Below, one piece after another: positions 9,004 to 19,111 of a stretch of DNA of 64,000 nt. The translations under genes and the position numbers were made by a program. Source of the stretch: Myxococcota bacterium (GTDB taxonomy: Bacteria > Myxococcota_A > UBA796 > GCA-2862545); assembly GCA_039208735.1 (NCBI GenBank), contig JBCCQY010000001.1, positions 64,001 to 128,000 on the forward strand, in the 5' to 3' direction. The first letter of the stretch is position 1, and each line of letters opens with the position of its first letter. The notes beneath the pieces are model-generated. The model made no database searches and was not told the DNA's origin. It was given only the letters and a program-made list of their open reading frames with translations.

Positions 9004-10011
9004 TCAGGCGATCCAATCGGGATTGCGCTCCTTGCCGAAGTACCCGGCGGGGTAGATCCACCGAATCCAGCGTTCGGGCATCCAGAACGTGAAGATGTGG
9101 CGGTTTCGCTGGGCACGAATGTCGGCTTTCATCCCATCGCGGTCGTACTGAAGCTCCACGTGGTCGAGGCGATCGGCAGTCCGTCGGATGTCCTGAACAT
9201 CGCCACGTTGGAAGGCCTGCCTTAGCGCGGTGACGTCGACGGTTCGCAAGTGGCAGTCCTGCATGCCCACATCTGCTGTGTACAGCAGCTGGTTGCCGTC
9301 CGGTGACCAGCAGGGGCTGAAGTCTGCGCCCTGGTTCTTGGTCAGGCGAACCGCAACGCCTCCGTTCGCGGCCATGAGCCAAACGTCCTTGTCGCGGTCC
9401 TCGTAGGCGTCCTCGGGGTCGGATTCGTACTGACGGTTCGACACGAACGCGATGAGGCTTCCGTCAGGGCTGGGCACCGGCGTGATGTCTGCGCCGCGAT
9501 CCGCGTTGAGCTGCGTCTTTTCGCCGGTCGACAGATCGATGCGCCAAATGTCGGCATCCCCCCCTCGGTCGCTCGAAAACAGCAGCCCCTGGCCGTCCGG
9601 GGTCCAGCGGACGTGGTTGTCGGAGCCGGTGTGGGTCGTCACCTGGGTGCGGTTCCGACCGTCGGCATCCATGATCCAAACATCATTGTTGCCGCCTTCG
9701 TTCGAGATGTAGGCGATGCGCTCGCCGTCGGGGCTGTAGACCGGGGAGTCGGCCCAGCGCCCGGTCGTCGTGAGCTGCACGGGCTTGCCGCCGCTGGCGT
9801 CGATCCAAAAGATCTCCTGGCCCAGGATGCCCCGGCCCCCGCTCGTGTACACCACGCGTCGGCCATCGGGAGACCATTTGGGCTTGTCGTTCCAGACGTT
9901 GCCCTGGGTCAACTGGCGGGGTGTCCCCCTGGCGAGGTCGAGGCTCCAAAGGTCAAAATCACCCGTCTTTCCGCTTGAGAATACGATTTTTCCGCTGTTC
10001 GCCGTCGCCAT
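9004..10011 (-). CDS. TolB-like PD40 beta-propeller protein
   Basis: Repeated P.WSPDG..I.Y.S / IW.MDADG....LT units; RBS GAGG; no signal peptide. Confidence 0.9.
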   Translation of the reverse strand: MATANSGKIVFSSGKTGDFDLWSLDLARGTPRQLTQGNVWNDKPKWSPDGRRVVYTSGGRGILGQEIFWIDASGGKPVQLTTTGRWADSPVYSPDGERIAYISNEGGNNDVWIMDADGRNRTQVTTHTGSDNHVRWTPDGQGLLFSSDRGGDADIWRIDLSTGEKTQLNADRGADITPVPSPDGSLIAFVSNRQYESDPEDAYEDRDKDVWLMAANGGVAVRLTKNQGADFSPCWSPDGNQLLYTADVGMQDCHLRTVDVTALRQAFQRGDVQDIRRTADRLDHVELQYDRDGMKADIRAQRNRHIFTFWMPERWIRWIYPAGYFGKERNPDWIA

Positions 10012-10258
10012 GGGTACCTCGGGGAGGGGGGTGAGTTGCGTTCGGCGAGCTCAACGTTCGGGTCCGCGCATTATTTCGCTGCCCCTGATCGCATTGTCGT
10101 GAATCGCGTTCTTGCGCGGATTCCGATGGCCACCGTGGGCGATCCCGCTCCGGGTCTACAGAGGCGTTCGCTCCCGGCTCCTCGGTCTTTCCGCTCCGCG
10201 GTCGTCTCTTGGCATCGTCGTTGCACTAGGACGTGCGAGTCCTGCCTTGGAGACCTCC

Positions 10259-11047
10259 ATGCTACTGTCTTTGCTGACCTCGGAAGCTCTGGCATTGAGC
10301 TGTATTTTCGGCGTCTACGACCTCAACGTGGATGACGGAAGCGTGGTGCCGCCCGGCGCTGTATTTGTTGCCTCCCACACCTACTCGGAACCCGATGCCG
10401 AGGTCATTGGTCTTCACCTTTTGGATGCCCAAGGTCAGGAAGTTCCCTCCGATGTGGAATGGAGCCCCTTCGTGGTTCGGCTTGTGCCGCAGGCCGAATT
10501 GGCACCCGGGCAGTACCGCATCACGGCCAACGACGGCGGGTACTACCTGGCGGGCGAGCGTGGATTCACGGTGATGGCGACCGAGCCCATCGATGCACCA
10601 CCGATGGAAGCGCCCTCGGGGCTGAGCCTCGAGTGGGAGCGTGAGGAAGACCCAGACTGGGGACTCACCAATGGCATCGACGTGCGGTTCGATGGGGTAG
10701 CCGCTGCCTCGCACTATGAGATGGAAGTTGCATCCAACCAGGACTTCACCGATGCGGCGATGGCCGTGACAACCGGTGAGTGGGCGTTCTTGGGCCTGAC
10801 ACTTTGTGGGTCGACCGTCGACGGGTGGGACCAAAGTGGGCAGAGCTACGTTCGAGTCCGGGCCGTTGCCATCGACGGCGAAGTATCGGCCTGGTCTCCG
10901 TTCGAAGTGACGGACAATTCGCCTCCGGGAGCCAAGCCGCTCATCAACGCATGGGGCTGCTCTGTGGCTGGTGGAACGCCGTTGTCCGGGGCGGCGCTAC
11001 TGGCGTTGAGCCTGGGACTCATGGCGCTCCGTCGCCGTGATGCCTAG
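10259..11047 (+). CDS. Surface protein with Ig/Fn3-like domains and MYXO-CTERM sorting signal
   Basis: Short signal MLLSLLTSEALA; C-terminal GCS + hydrophobic helix + RRR. Confidence 0.8.
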   Translation: MLLSLLTSEALALSCIFGVYDLNVDDGSVVPPGAVFVASHTYSEPDAEVIGLHLLDAQGQEVPSDVEWSPFVVRLVPQAELAPGQYRITANDGGYYLAGERGFTVMATEPIDAPPMEAPSGLSLEWEREEDPDWGLTNGIDVRFDGVAAASHYEMEVASNQDFTDAAMAVTTGEWAFLGLTLCGSTVDGWDQSGQSYVRVRAVAIDGEVSAWSPFEVTDNSPPGAKPLINAWGCSVAGGTPLSGAALLALSLGLMALRRRDA

Positions 11048-12267
11048 GCCTTGCCGAAGCAGTAGAGCGAAGCCAGGAACTGGACATCCTCGCTAAGGCG
11101 AGGTCGAGCGTCGGCAAGGACGTGAAAGAACTGCAGTGTGATCGCGTTGCGGTCGAGCAACGCTTGCACGACGCGATGGGCGACGTCTTCTCGGGAGCCA
11201 CTCCAGTCCACTGCGTTTCGGGCATCTGGAACAGAATGGGCGATCAGCCTTTCCAGTTCAGTTGGCTTGAAGTGAAGTAAGAACCTCCAAAGTTCCCTTT
11301 CGGGATTGGGAGGGGTGTCGTAGCGTCGAACGAGAATGAGATCGTTGCCTTCCTTACGCCATAGTTCCATCCCATCGCTGCGATTCACAAGAAACGATAG
11401 TCTCTCGGCGACTTTCAGGCCGAAAAAGCTGTCCACATCCATTCGCGCAAGCTCGGTGGGGTCATTCGCGGGGTGGGGATGCGTGGGTTCCCAAGGACGC
11501 GCGATGAGCCATTCAGCGATGGCGGCGAGGTGGTCTTCGTGACCTGCCTCGAGTCGGATCTTCGCAAGCTTTCCCGTGTTTTCGAACGCGGCTTGGCGAA
11601 TGTTCGCGTCAGGGTGTCGCGCTTCAAACGCGGCGAGTATTGTGGAAATGGCAGCTTGGTCCAGGTGCTTGAGGCCGCTGCGGAAGTACATCGTAAGCCC
11701 GGGCTTCGCTTGAAACCGACGCCGAGCGTGTTCGATGATGGAAAGAACCTGGCGGTAGAAAGCGTCGAGGGCAGGGCCAACCCTTTCGTTGGGTTCGAGG
11801 GTTCGGCTGACATCGAACTGTGGCCTGCCTTCGGTATTCATAATGTCTAGGTGAAGGTCGGTGGGGGAGAATTCCGAGGCCAGATGGTCCTCAAAGTCAT
11901 TGTAGATCCCGGGTAACGACCAGCCTTCGAGATCCGGCTCGAACAGGAACGACAGAACGCGCTCGTTCACTAAAAACAGATGAGGATCCGCGATTAAGTT
12001 CCAATCTCCGAGCTGTTCCTGAATGTCGTCTCGAACCCGAATCATCACGGTTTCGATGCGATTGCTCAGTCCGGCAGCAGTGATTTCGTTGAGTTGCTCT
12101 CGCTGATGCGGGACGAGTTCCGCCGTATTGAACGAACCATCCGAATACGTCTTTAGGTTGGCAAAGGTGATGGTTTGACCATCAATCTTGATAGTCTGGG
12201 GTCCTTCCTTGCTCACAGCCACTTCCCTGCCACGTAGGCCTGCGAATGCTACAAAGCGTAGCGCCAT
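11044..12267 (-). CDS. Hypothetical protein with C-terminal effector-associated-domain (EAD)-like helical module
   Basis: 407-aa ORF, visibly more AT-rich than its flanks; C-terminal F..TELERL...VDWSGS..VAHRVVQAL..FF..L..ARP. Confidence 0.6.
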   Translation of the reverse strand: MALRFVAFAGLRGREVAVSKEGPQTIKIDGQTITFANLKTYSDGSFNTAELVPHQREQLNEITAAGLSNRIETVMIRVRDDIQEQLGDWNLIADPHLFLVNERVLSFLFEPDLEGWSLPGIYNDFEDHLASEFSPTDLHLDIMNTEGRPQFDVSRTLEPNERVGPALDAFYRQVLSIIEHARRRFQAKPGLTMYFRSGLKHLDQAAISTILAAFEARHPDANIRQAAFENTGKLAKIRLEAGHEDHLAAIAEWLIARPWEPTHPHPANDPTELARMDVDSFFGLKVAERLSFLVNRSDGMELWRKEGNDLILVRRYDTPPNPERELWRFLLHFKPTELERLIAHSVPDARNAVDWSGSREDVAHRVVQALLDRNAITLQFFHVLADARPRLSEDVQFLASLYCFGKA

Positions 12268-12306
12268 ACGCCCAGGTTGACGTTTTCGTGGACGGCAAGC
12301 GTTGGG

Positions 12307-13254
12307 TCACCGCGTGCAGATGTCGGGCAGGTCGGGCGGAAGGTTCTTTTCCCATACCGATGGCGATGTCGCGCCGTAGCGGTGGTAGTCGAAGAAGCGC
12401 CACACGGTCGTGGCCATGTCCGCCGCGATGCCATGCCCCGAATCGTGTTCGCATTGCACGCTAAAGTGACCCTTTGAACCCAGGTCCTTGACGAAACCCG
12501 TGCTCGCGCCGGCCAAGAAGTCACCTTGGTCGCCGTAGAGCACCATCGCGGGAATGAGGTTGGTGGGATCGAGCATGGTGGTGTCGGTATTCGGCAGGAT
12601 GCCCCCAGAGTAGGTGGCCACCGACGCGACGTAGTTGCTGCGCTGGTAGAGCATGTGGGCGGTGTGCAGACCGCCTGCGCTGGTTCCCGCCACGTGGATG
12701 CGGGAAGGATCAATGCCGACTTGCTCGATCGCACACGCCACCACTTCATCGGCTCGTGGCAGATCTTCGAAGTACCAGACCGGGGTGCCGCTCGACACGA
12801 CGCAATCCGGGCAATCCTCGCGGTAGAACGCGGCGACGACCCCACCCAACGCAACCACTTCTTCGATGACCGGGGTGAAGTTCAGCACGGCTTCGCCGGG
12901 CTGGCTGCCTGTCGCGTGCCAGTAGAACACCAAGGGGCCGGGCCCCAGAGAGGCTGCGTCCGGGTCCATCCAAAGTCGAACTTGCTTGCCGAGAACGGTG
13001 ATGTCGCCTTCTGCGAACACCGGGCACGGCTCGGTTGGAGTGGGTAGGTCGAGTGGGGAGACGCCCACCGGTGGGGTGATGGGCGTGTACGGATCGCTCG
13101 GCATTCCGGTGTCGGGTTGGGAGTCGCTTATTGGCGGCTCCTCCATCGGGTCTGTGATGTCCCCTGTCGATAAACGCGTGTCCTCGTCGGCGGACCCGCT
13201 ACAGCCAATCGCTCCGCAGAGCGCAACCCACATCCAGTACAATGACCATTTCAT
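12307..13254 (-). CDS. Lipoprotein serine esterase (PHB depolymerase/CE1-like)
   Basis: AIGC lipobox, Pro/acidic linker, LVFYWH, DPSRIHVAGTSAGG, GH near the C-terminus. Confidence 0.8.
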   Translation of the reverse strand: MKWSLYWMWVALCGAIGCSGSADEDTRLSTGDITDPMEEPPISDSQPDTGMPSDPYTPITPPVGVSPLDLPTPTEPCPVFAEGDITVLGKQVRLWMDPDAASLGPGPLVFYWHATGSQPGEAVLNFTPVIEEVVALGGVVAAFYREDCPDCVVSSGTPVWYFEDLPRADEVVACAIEQVGIDPSRIHVAGTSAGGLHTAHMLYQRSNYVASVATYSGGILPNTDTTMLDPTNLIPAMVLYGDQGDFLAGASTGFVKDLGSKGHFSVQCEHDSGHGIAADMATTVWRFFDYHRYGATSPSVWEKNLPPDLPDICTR

Positions 13255-13286
13255 GCTCCCCAGCTAAGCAAAGAGATTTTGACGCC

Positions 13287-14906
13287 TCATGGAGCTGGAG
13301 GATTCTCGAACGATTCACGGAGTTCCACACGGCGAATCTTCCCGCTGATGGTCTTCGGCAAATCGCTTCGGAAGAGGATTTCGCGGGGGTATTTGTACGG
13401 TGCGGTTTGGGTCTTGCAGTATTCCTGAAGGGTCTTCGCGAGTTCCTCAGACGGTGAGAAACCACTCGCGAGTACTACAAACGCAGCCACGATGTGGCCT
13501 CGCATGGCATCGGGCTTGCCGACGACGGCGGATTCGGCGACGGCCGGATGCTCCTGCAGCGTGCTTTCCACTTCGAAGGGACTGATGCGGTAGGCGCCTG
13601 ACGAAATCACGTCGTCGGAACGGCCCACAAACCAGATGTAGCCGTCTTCGTCGCGCCACGCGGTGTCGCCGGTGAAGTAGTAGCCATGGCGAAAACAGTC
13701 GGTCACCATGCGACCGTCGACCTCGTAGCCGCGAAACAATCCAGGTGGCCACTGGGCGACCGCCGCGGTGGCAGGGTTGAGTCCGGTAGGCAGGCGAATC
13801 GCGATCTCTCCGACCTCGTGATCGGGACAGATATCGCCTTCGGCATTGACGATGTGAACCTCGAATCCTGGAATCGGCTTGCCCATGGACCCAGGGCGCA
13901 CCTCGAGGCCTGGCGTGTTGCCCACGATGTTGACGGTCTCGGTTTGGCCGTAGCCATCGGCCGGAGCCGATCCGGTGGCCTTTCGCCAAACCTCGATCAC
14001 CTCAGGGTTGAGCGGTTCTCCCGCCGACATGGAACGTCGGATGGATGAGAGATCGTACGGAGTGAGATCGACTTGGGCGAACATTCGGTACACCGTCGGT
14101 GGCGCACAGAACGTGGAAACCTTGAGGTCAGCGATGAGGCGGAGGTGTCGGTCGACGTCGAATTGAGGCGTGCCCTCATAAAGTACGGTCGTCGCGCCAC
14201 ACTGCCATTGGGGAAACAGAAGCCCCCACGCGGCTTTCGCCCATCCCGTATCCGTAAGGGTCCAATGCACGTCGCCGTCCTTGAGATCCATCCAATGGGC
14301 GCCGGTGACCCGGTGGGCGAATCCGTAGGAATAGTCCCTCGGTACGGCCTTCGGATGAGCGGTCGTGCCACTGGTGAAGTAAATCAACATGGTGTCGCGA
14401 GCGCGGGTCACAGGGGCTTCCGTGCGGGTCAATGGCGAGCATTCAGCGAGCCGTTGCGGCAGTGAAATCCAGCCGGGTCGTTCCGTGGTTCCGGCGACGA
14501 TGCGGTGCTGCAAACTTGGACACCGGTCCCCGATCGCATCGATTTTGTCCATGTGCTCGGGTGTGACGACGACCGCTTGAGCCCCCGATTGGTTGATGCG
14601 GTATTCAAGGTCGCGCGCGGTCAGCAGGTTCGTTCCCGGCAGTGCTGCGACCCCCGCCTTCATGGCCCCGACGATCACGTTGTAAAACGAAGGGATGCGC
14701 GCGATGACCATGATCGCGCGGGCGCCTTGACCAAGCCCGAGGTCTTTGAAGAGTCGGGCGACCCTCGAAGAGGTGTCGTTGAGCTGCCCGAAGGTCACGG
14801 GCGTAGGCGCACCGTTGGCAGGAACGAAGATGTACGCCGTACCGTGATGCCGCATCGGGTCTGACACCACATCCCAGCCAAAATTGAAGTCTTCGGGACA
14901 CGTCAT
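13287..14906 (-). CDS. Acyl-CoA synthetase (medium-chain/acetyl-CoA ligase family)
   Basis: FNFGWDVV, YFTSGTTAHPK, DTGWAK, GYGQTET, TGD, GRSDD, PYKYPR, LPKTISGK; GGAGG RBS. Confidence 0.93.
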   Translation of the reverse strand: MTCPEDFNFGWDVVSDPMRHHGTAYIFVPANGAPTPVTFGQLNDTSSRVARLFKDLGLGQGARAIMVIARIPSFYNVIVGAMKAGVAALPGTNLLTARDLEYRINQSGAQAVVVTPEHMDKIDAIGDRCPSLQHRIVAGTTERPGWISLPQRLAECSPLTRTEAPVTRARDTMLIYFTSGTTAHPKAVPRDYSYGFAHRVTGAHWMDLKDGDVHWTLTDTGWAKAAWGLLFPQWQCGATTVLYEGTPQFDVDRHLRLIADLKVSTFCAPPTVYRMFAQVDLTPYDLSSIRRSMSAGEPLNPEVIEVWRKATGSAPADGYGQTETVNIVGNTPGLEVRPGSMGKPIPGFEVHIVNAEGDICPDHEVGEIAIRLPTGLNPATAAVAQWPPGLFRGYEVDGRMVTDCFRHGYYFTGDTAWRDEDGYIWFVGRSDDVISSGAYRISPFEVESTLQEHPAVAESAVVGKPDAMRGHIVAAFVVLASGFSPSEELAKTLQEYCKTQTAPYKYPREILFRSDLPKTISGKIRRVELRESFENPPAP

Positions 14907-14929
14907 GGGACCTCCGTTCGAGGCGGTCC

Positions 14930-14945
14930 TGCAGGGGGCGGGCCA
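14930..14945 (-). promoter_or_regulatory. Sigma-54 -24/-12 promoter of the acyl-CoA synthetase
   Basis: TGGCCCGCCCCCTGCA (GG-N10-GC) just upstream of the RBS, next to a divergent sigma-54 activator gene. Confidence 0.7.
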
Positions 14946-14985
14946 CGGTGAGAACCTGGCTTGGTCCGATCCCGCGTTCAGAAGG

Positions 14986-15025
14986 TGTTGCGTTGTGCGA
15001 CAAGGGACTGTCTCGAAACGCGACA
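14986..15025. promoter_or_regulatory. Two tandem 17-bp candidate enhancer sites for the sigma-54 activator
   Basis: TGTTGC-N5-GCGACA (14986-15002) and TGTCTC-N5-GCGACA (15009-15025). Confidence 0.6.
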
Positions 15026-15064
15026 CGGGGACACGGGCTCGCCCAACGCGAGTATACTTGGCCG

Positions 15065-16978
15065 GTGCGGAGCCCTCTTCTCGACCTGCAGCCTGTTTCG
15101 AGGTCTGCCAAGCAGGCATTCCTGGAGGGGAGACGTGCGGGGCATCTGCCAAAGCCTCTACGAACGTGTTGGGAACGAATCGCCCATCGGGTCGACCCCT
15201 ACGGACCCGATTCGACGAGGGTGGTCGTCGAAACCGACGTAAGGCAACGCCAAGAGGCGGTAGATCGATGGATCCGCCGCCTGCCTGACGCGTTGGAAGC
15301 CGTCAACCACGAACTCGCCCGACGGCATCACGTGCTGGTCTTCGCTGATGCCGACGGGGTCATTCTGCATCGCACGGGCCAAGGGTGGATCGCTGATCAG
15401 GCGGATGCTGCCTACATTATTCCGGGCTCGATCTGGCACGAAGACCGAAAGGGCACGAACGCGATTGGCACCACGTTGGTGGAACGCCGACCCGTAGCCG
15501 TCCATGCCGCGGCCCATTTCGCCAGTTGCTACCATGACTTTACCTGCTACGCGGCGCCCGTCTTCGACCTTCGCGGTGATCTTCTGGGGGTACTCGACGC
15601 CACGACGGTCGCCGACCGTCGGGAGTCGCTGGGGTGGTTGGCGGTGGTGGCGGCCACTCAGCAGCTCGATCGGTTGGTCCGCCGCACGATGGATGAGCCG
15701 GGTCGTTTGTTGCCATTGTCCTCGATCGAACGACTGCTGAACCGGTTTTCGGGACCGGCGGTGCTGGTCGGCGCGCGGGGCAACGTCCGCGTGGCCAGCG
15801 CCCAGACGGGCCAAGGGCAGTTGCGCGATTTGCGTTCCGTTTGGCCCCGCATCCAACAGGCGGTCACGGCTGGCGAGTCGTCGTTGCCCGCCGAGGCAGG
15901 CGGGACGCTCCAGCTCGAGCCCTTCACCGATCTGGACGGTCAACTCCTGGAAGTCGCGGTGTTCTGGGAGACCGACCGTCCGCGAACGTCGGTCACCGTG
16001 GCGCGAAGAGACCCGTTCGCAGCCTTTGAAAGTCCCGATCCCACGCTGCAAGACGTCTGCCGTCGTGCGCGAACCCTGGCCCCAACCGATCTTCCGCTGA
16101 CGCTGGTGTCGGAGACGGGAACGGGCAAGGAAGTTCTGGCCAACGCGATTCACTCGGCGAGCAAACGGGCTTTAGGGCCCTTCGTACCACTGAACTGCGG
16201 AGCGATTGCGCCAGGCGTCATGGAAAGCGAACTCTTTGGCTATGCGCCAGGAGCGTTCACGGGCGCAGCCAGCGGTGGCCGAGAGGGGTGGTTGGCGCAG
16301 GCCCACGGAGGAACGTTGTTCCTCGACGAAGTGGCCGACATGCCGCCCAGCCTACAATCTGCGTTGCTGCGCTTCCTCGACCGGGGCACCTACCACCGAG
16401 TCGGGGAACAACGCATGCGCCACGCCGACGTTCGGGTGGTGGCAGCGACGAGTCGCGATTTGGCCGGGCTCGTGGATGCCGGAGTGTTTCGGCCCGATCT
16501 CTACTACCGCATCGGTGCGGCCCTGCTCAGGCTGCCTCCCTTGCGACAACGGTCTGATCTCGCCGCCTTCGCTCAGCAGCTTCTCGACCAGGTGTGTGTC
16601 GAGGCTCACGTACCTGTGGCGGTCCTCGCCGATGAGAGCCTCGAGGCGATCGAGACCTACCGATGGCCCGGCAATGTCCGCCAACTCCGCTACGCACTCA
16701 TGCATGCGGTGGCGATGTGCGGCTCGGAAGGGGTGGTCCAGGTTGAGCATCTTCCGGAGTCCATCGCCCTCGCTTCATCGGCCGACTCCGTGGTCGCGTC
16801 GTCTCCAACCCGAGAGGAGGCGACGCGTCAGGCGCTGCTGCGGGCGCTACGCGCGTCTCAAGGCAACATCACGGCCGCTGCGCGCACGCTCGGGGTGGCG
16901 CGCAGCACGGTGTACCGAATGATGGAGCGGTTTGGCGTGGCCCGGCCGACACCCGTCGACACGCGTCGCGACACCTAG
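15065..16978 (+). CDS. GAF-AAA+-HTH sigma-54-dependent activator (AcoR-like)
   Basis: GTNAIGT GAF motif, ETGTGKE, ESELFG, GAFTGA, LFLDEV, WPGNVRQL, Fis HTH; start uncertain (ORF opens at 14948). Confidence 0.92.
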   Translation: MRSPLLDLQPVSRSAKQAFLEGRRAGHLPKPLRTCWERIAHRVDPYGPDSTRVVVETDVRQRQEAVDRWIRRLPDALEAVNHELARRHHVLVFADADGVILHRTGQGWIADQADAAYIIPGSIWHEDRKGTNAIGTTLVERRPVAVHAAAHFASCYHDFTCYAAPVFDLRGDLLGVLDATTVADRRESLGWLAVVAATQQLDRLVRRTMDEPGRLLPLSSIERLLNRFSGPAVLVGARGNVRVASAQTGQGQLRDLRSVWPRIQQAVTAGESSLPAEAGGTLQLEPFTDLDGQLLEVAVFWETDRPRTSVTVARRDPFAAFESPDPTLQDVCRRARTLAPTDLPLTLVSETGTGKEVLANAIHSASKRALGPFVPLNCGAIAPGVMESELFGYAPGAFTGAASGGREGWLAQAHGGTLFLDEVADMPPSLQSALLRFLDRGTYHRVGEQRMRHADVRVVAATSRDLAGLVDAGVFRPDLYYRIGAALLRLPPLRQRSDLAAFAQQLLDQVCVEAHVPVAVLADESLEAIETYRWPGNVRQLRYALMHAVAMCGSEGVVQVEHLPESIALASSADSVVASSPTREEATRQALLRALRASQGNITAAARTLGVARSTVYRMMERFGVARPTPVDTRRDT

Positions 16979-17009
16979 GCGGTCTATCCAGGGTCGTCTG
17001 GAGAGTTCG

Positions 17010-17459
17010 ATGCTCGGTTGGATTTGGCCCTTGGCCTGGTTTGGCTGTGAGGAGGCCTGCGAGGAGCGTGCTTCGCTGCAGCTGGCCCTAGGGGAGACCC
17101 TGGAGGGCGTATGGGCTTCCTTGCCGGCGGATGGGCCGCGTTTGACGCGCGGTTCGCAGGGGGGACAGCACTTCACGTTGGCCGTCTATGTCGATGGTCT
17201 CGGTGCGGCTCCGGCCCCGTTCGAACTGACCCTTGAGGCCGAGGCCGATCTGGGGGACGGTTGGATGCCCATCGGGGGATGGTCTCGCCCGTTTGAGGAT
17301 CCACGAAAGCGACGCGACCTCGCTCCCGTCGAGTTGCTGGATTTGCTGGTTGTGGTGGACCCCGACCCCATCTTGGGCTCTCGACGCTTCACCGCCCGCA
17401 TCGAAGACGGTTGCGGCCGTCACGCAGACCACACCTTCATGACCAAGGACCAACCATGA
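17010..17459 (+). CDS. Hypothetical lipoprotein
   Basis: MLGWIWPLAWFGC; GSQGGQH motif; ATGA overlap with the next gene. Confidence 0.65.
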   Translation: MLGWIWPLAWFGCEEACEERASLQLALGETLEGVWASLPADGPRLTRGSQGGQHFTLAVYVDGLGAAPAPFELTLEAEADLGDGWMPIGGWSRPFEDPRKRRDLAPVELLDLLVVVDPDPILGSRRFTARIEDGCGRHADHTFMTKDQP

Positions 17460-18136
17460 TTCGAATCTCCCTGGCGGCCGCGTTTGCCGTGGCCTGCGCC
17501 GATGGCGGACCGGGCTCCATGCCGCTGCCGTCCGACTACGGCCTTTTTCTGGCGAATGCGCAGATCGAACCTGGTGAGCCGCAGCTCGAGTCAGGGACCG
17601 TCGAAGCGATGTTCGAAGCGGACGATCGACTCGACCTCGAAACGGTACGGGCGGAAGCGCAGACCTACATGACCTCCGAGTTCGGATTCGACCTTGATGA
17701 AGCGCTGGCCACAGGGCGCGTGATGTGGATTGAATCGCGGGTGGACCCTCGTGCCGACTATCGTGTCTTTGCCCTTCCAGATCGCGAGGTCTCGGCCGAG
17801 GGGTGGCGCATTGACGACGCGGCGTTCTCCGCCGTCGTCGTCGATCCCAACGGGCTTCCGCTGGGGGGCGTGTACGAGGGTATGGTCCAGCCCCCAGGCG
17901 TCCTGGGAACGTACGGGTATTACCGCCTTCACGCCGACGAAGGGGAGCCACTCCTGATCCAGTATGAGTCCGACGGCCCGGGAACGGTCGATGCCCTCGG
18001 TCGCGGCTTGTTTCATTGCCGACTGTCCAGTGAGGTGCTTGGAACCGGCCTGGCACGGGTGGTGTACGACGTGACGCAAACTCCCGATGGCGCTGCGATC
18101 TACGACATTGCCAACGTGCAAACCTGGCGGCCGTAA
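17456..18136 (+). CDS. Hypothetical lipoprotein
   Basis: MIRISLAAAFAVAC lipobox, RBS AAGGA. Confidence 0.7.
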   Translation: MIRISLAAAFAVACADGGPGSMPLPSDYGLFLANAQIEPGEPQLESGTVEAMFEADDRLDLETVRAEAQTYMTSEFGFDLDEALATGRVMWIESRVDPRADYRVFALPDREVSAEGWRIDDAAFSAVVVDPNGLPLGGVYEGMVQPPGVLGTYGYYRLHADEGEPLLIQYESDGPGTVDALGRGLFHCRLSSEVLGTGLARVVYDVTQTPDGAAIYDIANVQTWRP

Positions 18137-18237
18137 ACCTGCGGAGCCTCGCTGGGTACTGCAATTCACATGGGTTTCATCCGGCCTTCTTCCCCTGTCT
18201 TTGTCGTTCGGCGAAGGCAAGGTTGAGGAGGGAAGCA

Positions 18238-19035
18238 ATGCGTACGTTCGTCTTGGCCGCCACCGTGGCCCTTGCTGGCTGCTACGACTTCGTCGGGGAA
18301 CGCGGCAAGGTTGGATTTGGCACGGACCTCTATGTGCCTGGAGGGATGACCTGGACCCCTCGTACGCCCATTGCCAGTGGCAGTGTGGTAGGGGTTGTCG
18401 CCCTTTGCGCCGTAGATTCGGCCACCGGCGACTGCGAAGGGGAACAGGACATGACGGGCGAGCTGATGGCGCGGGGGATCGATGTAGGCCGCAAGCGGCT
18501 TCCCGAGTGGCAAGAGTCCGTGTTCGCGATCCGCGGGCAGGATGGAGACCGCGGGGTGGTGCGCTACGAAGATGAGGATCGGCACGACCGATTCCGAGTC
18601 CAGTTTTCAGAACCCGTGGCCGCGAGTGTGGTGCCCGAACACTCTGAACAGGATCCTGCTCAGGCGTGGGCGGTGCTTTCCGAAAGGGCCACGCAATTTG
18701 AAGTGTGGCTGACCAACTCCAAGGGGGAGGGATTGGCGTTTCCTGTCGATCAGCTCTGGGTCGACACCGATACCGACTGGACGGTCGAGTGGGAGGAGGG
18801 ACGCCTTTCGGTGGTGCCCAACGGCGAGGACGGGGAGGTCGGTATCGTTCGCATCGGCTTCGACGATCGCATGCTCGGGGAGCTCGAACTCCGGGTGACT
18901 GACCGCGAGGCCATTGACGGATGGGAGGCGGTGGTGTCGGAGGATGCCGATGGACAGCCCTATGTCGAACGGGTCTGGTGGGCCGACGGCTGGCCGGTAG
19001 CCACGTTCATCGAAGGCTCGATGTCGTTGCTCTGA
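18238..19035 (+). CDS. Hypothetical lipoprotein
   Basis: LAGC lipobox, RBS GGAGG, acidic beta-rich body. Confidence 0.75.
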   Translation: MRTFVLAATVALAGCYDFVGERGKVGFGTDLYVPGGMTWTPRTPIASGSVVGVVALCAVDSATGDCEGEQDMTGELMARGIDVGRKRLPEWQESVFAIRGQDGDRGVVRYEDEDRHDRFRVQFSEPVAASVVPEHSEQDPAQAWAVLSERATQFEVWLTNSKGEGLAFPVDQLWVDTDTDWTVEWEEGRLSVVPNGEDGEVGIVRIGFDDRMLGELELRVTDREAIDGWEAVVSEDADGQPYVERVWWADGWPVATFIEGSMSLL

Positions 19036-19111
19036 ACGCGTGTGGTGTCGCGATCGTTTCCGCCATCCAGGAACCAGACGGTCATGTTAACGGGGCCGGC
19101 ACGGAGGCCGG

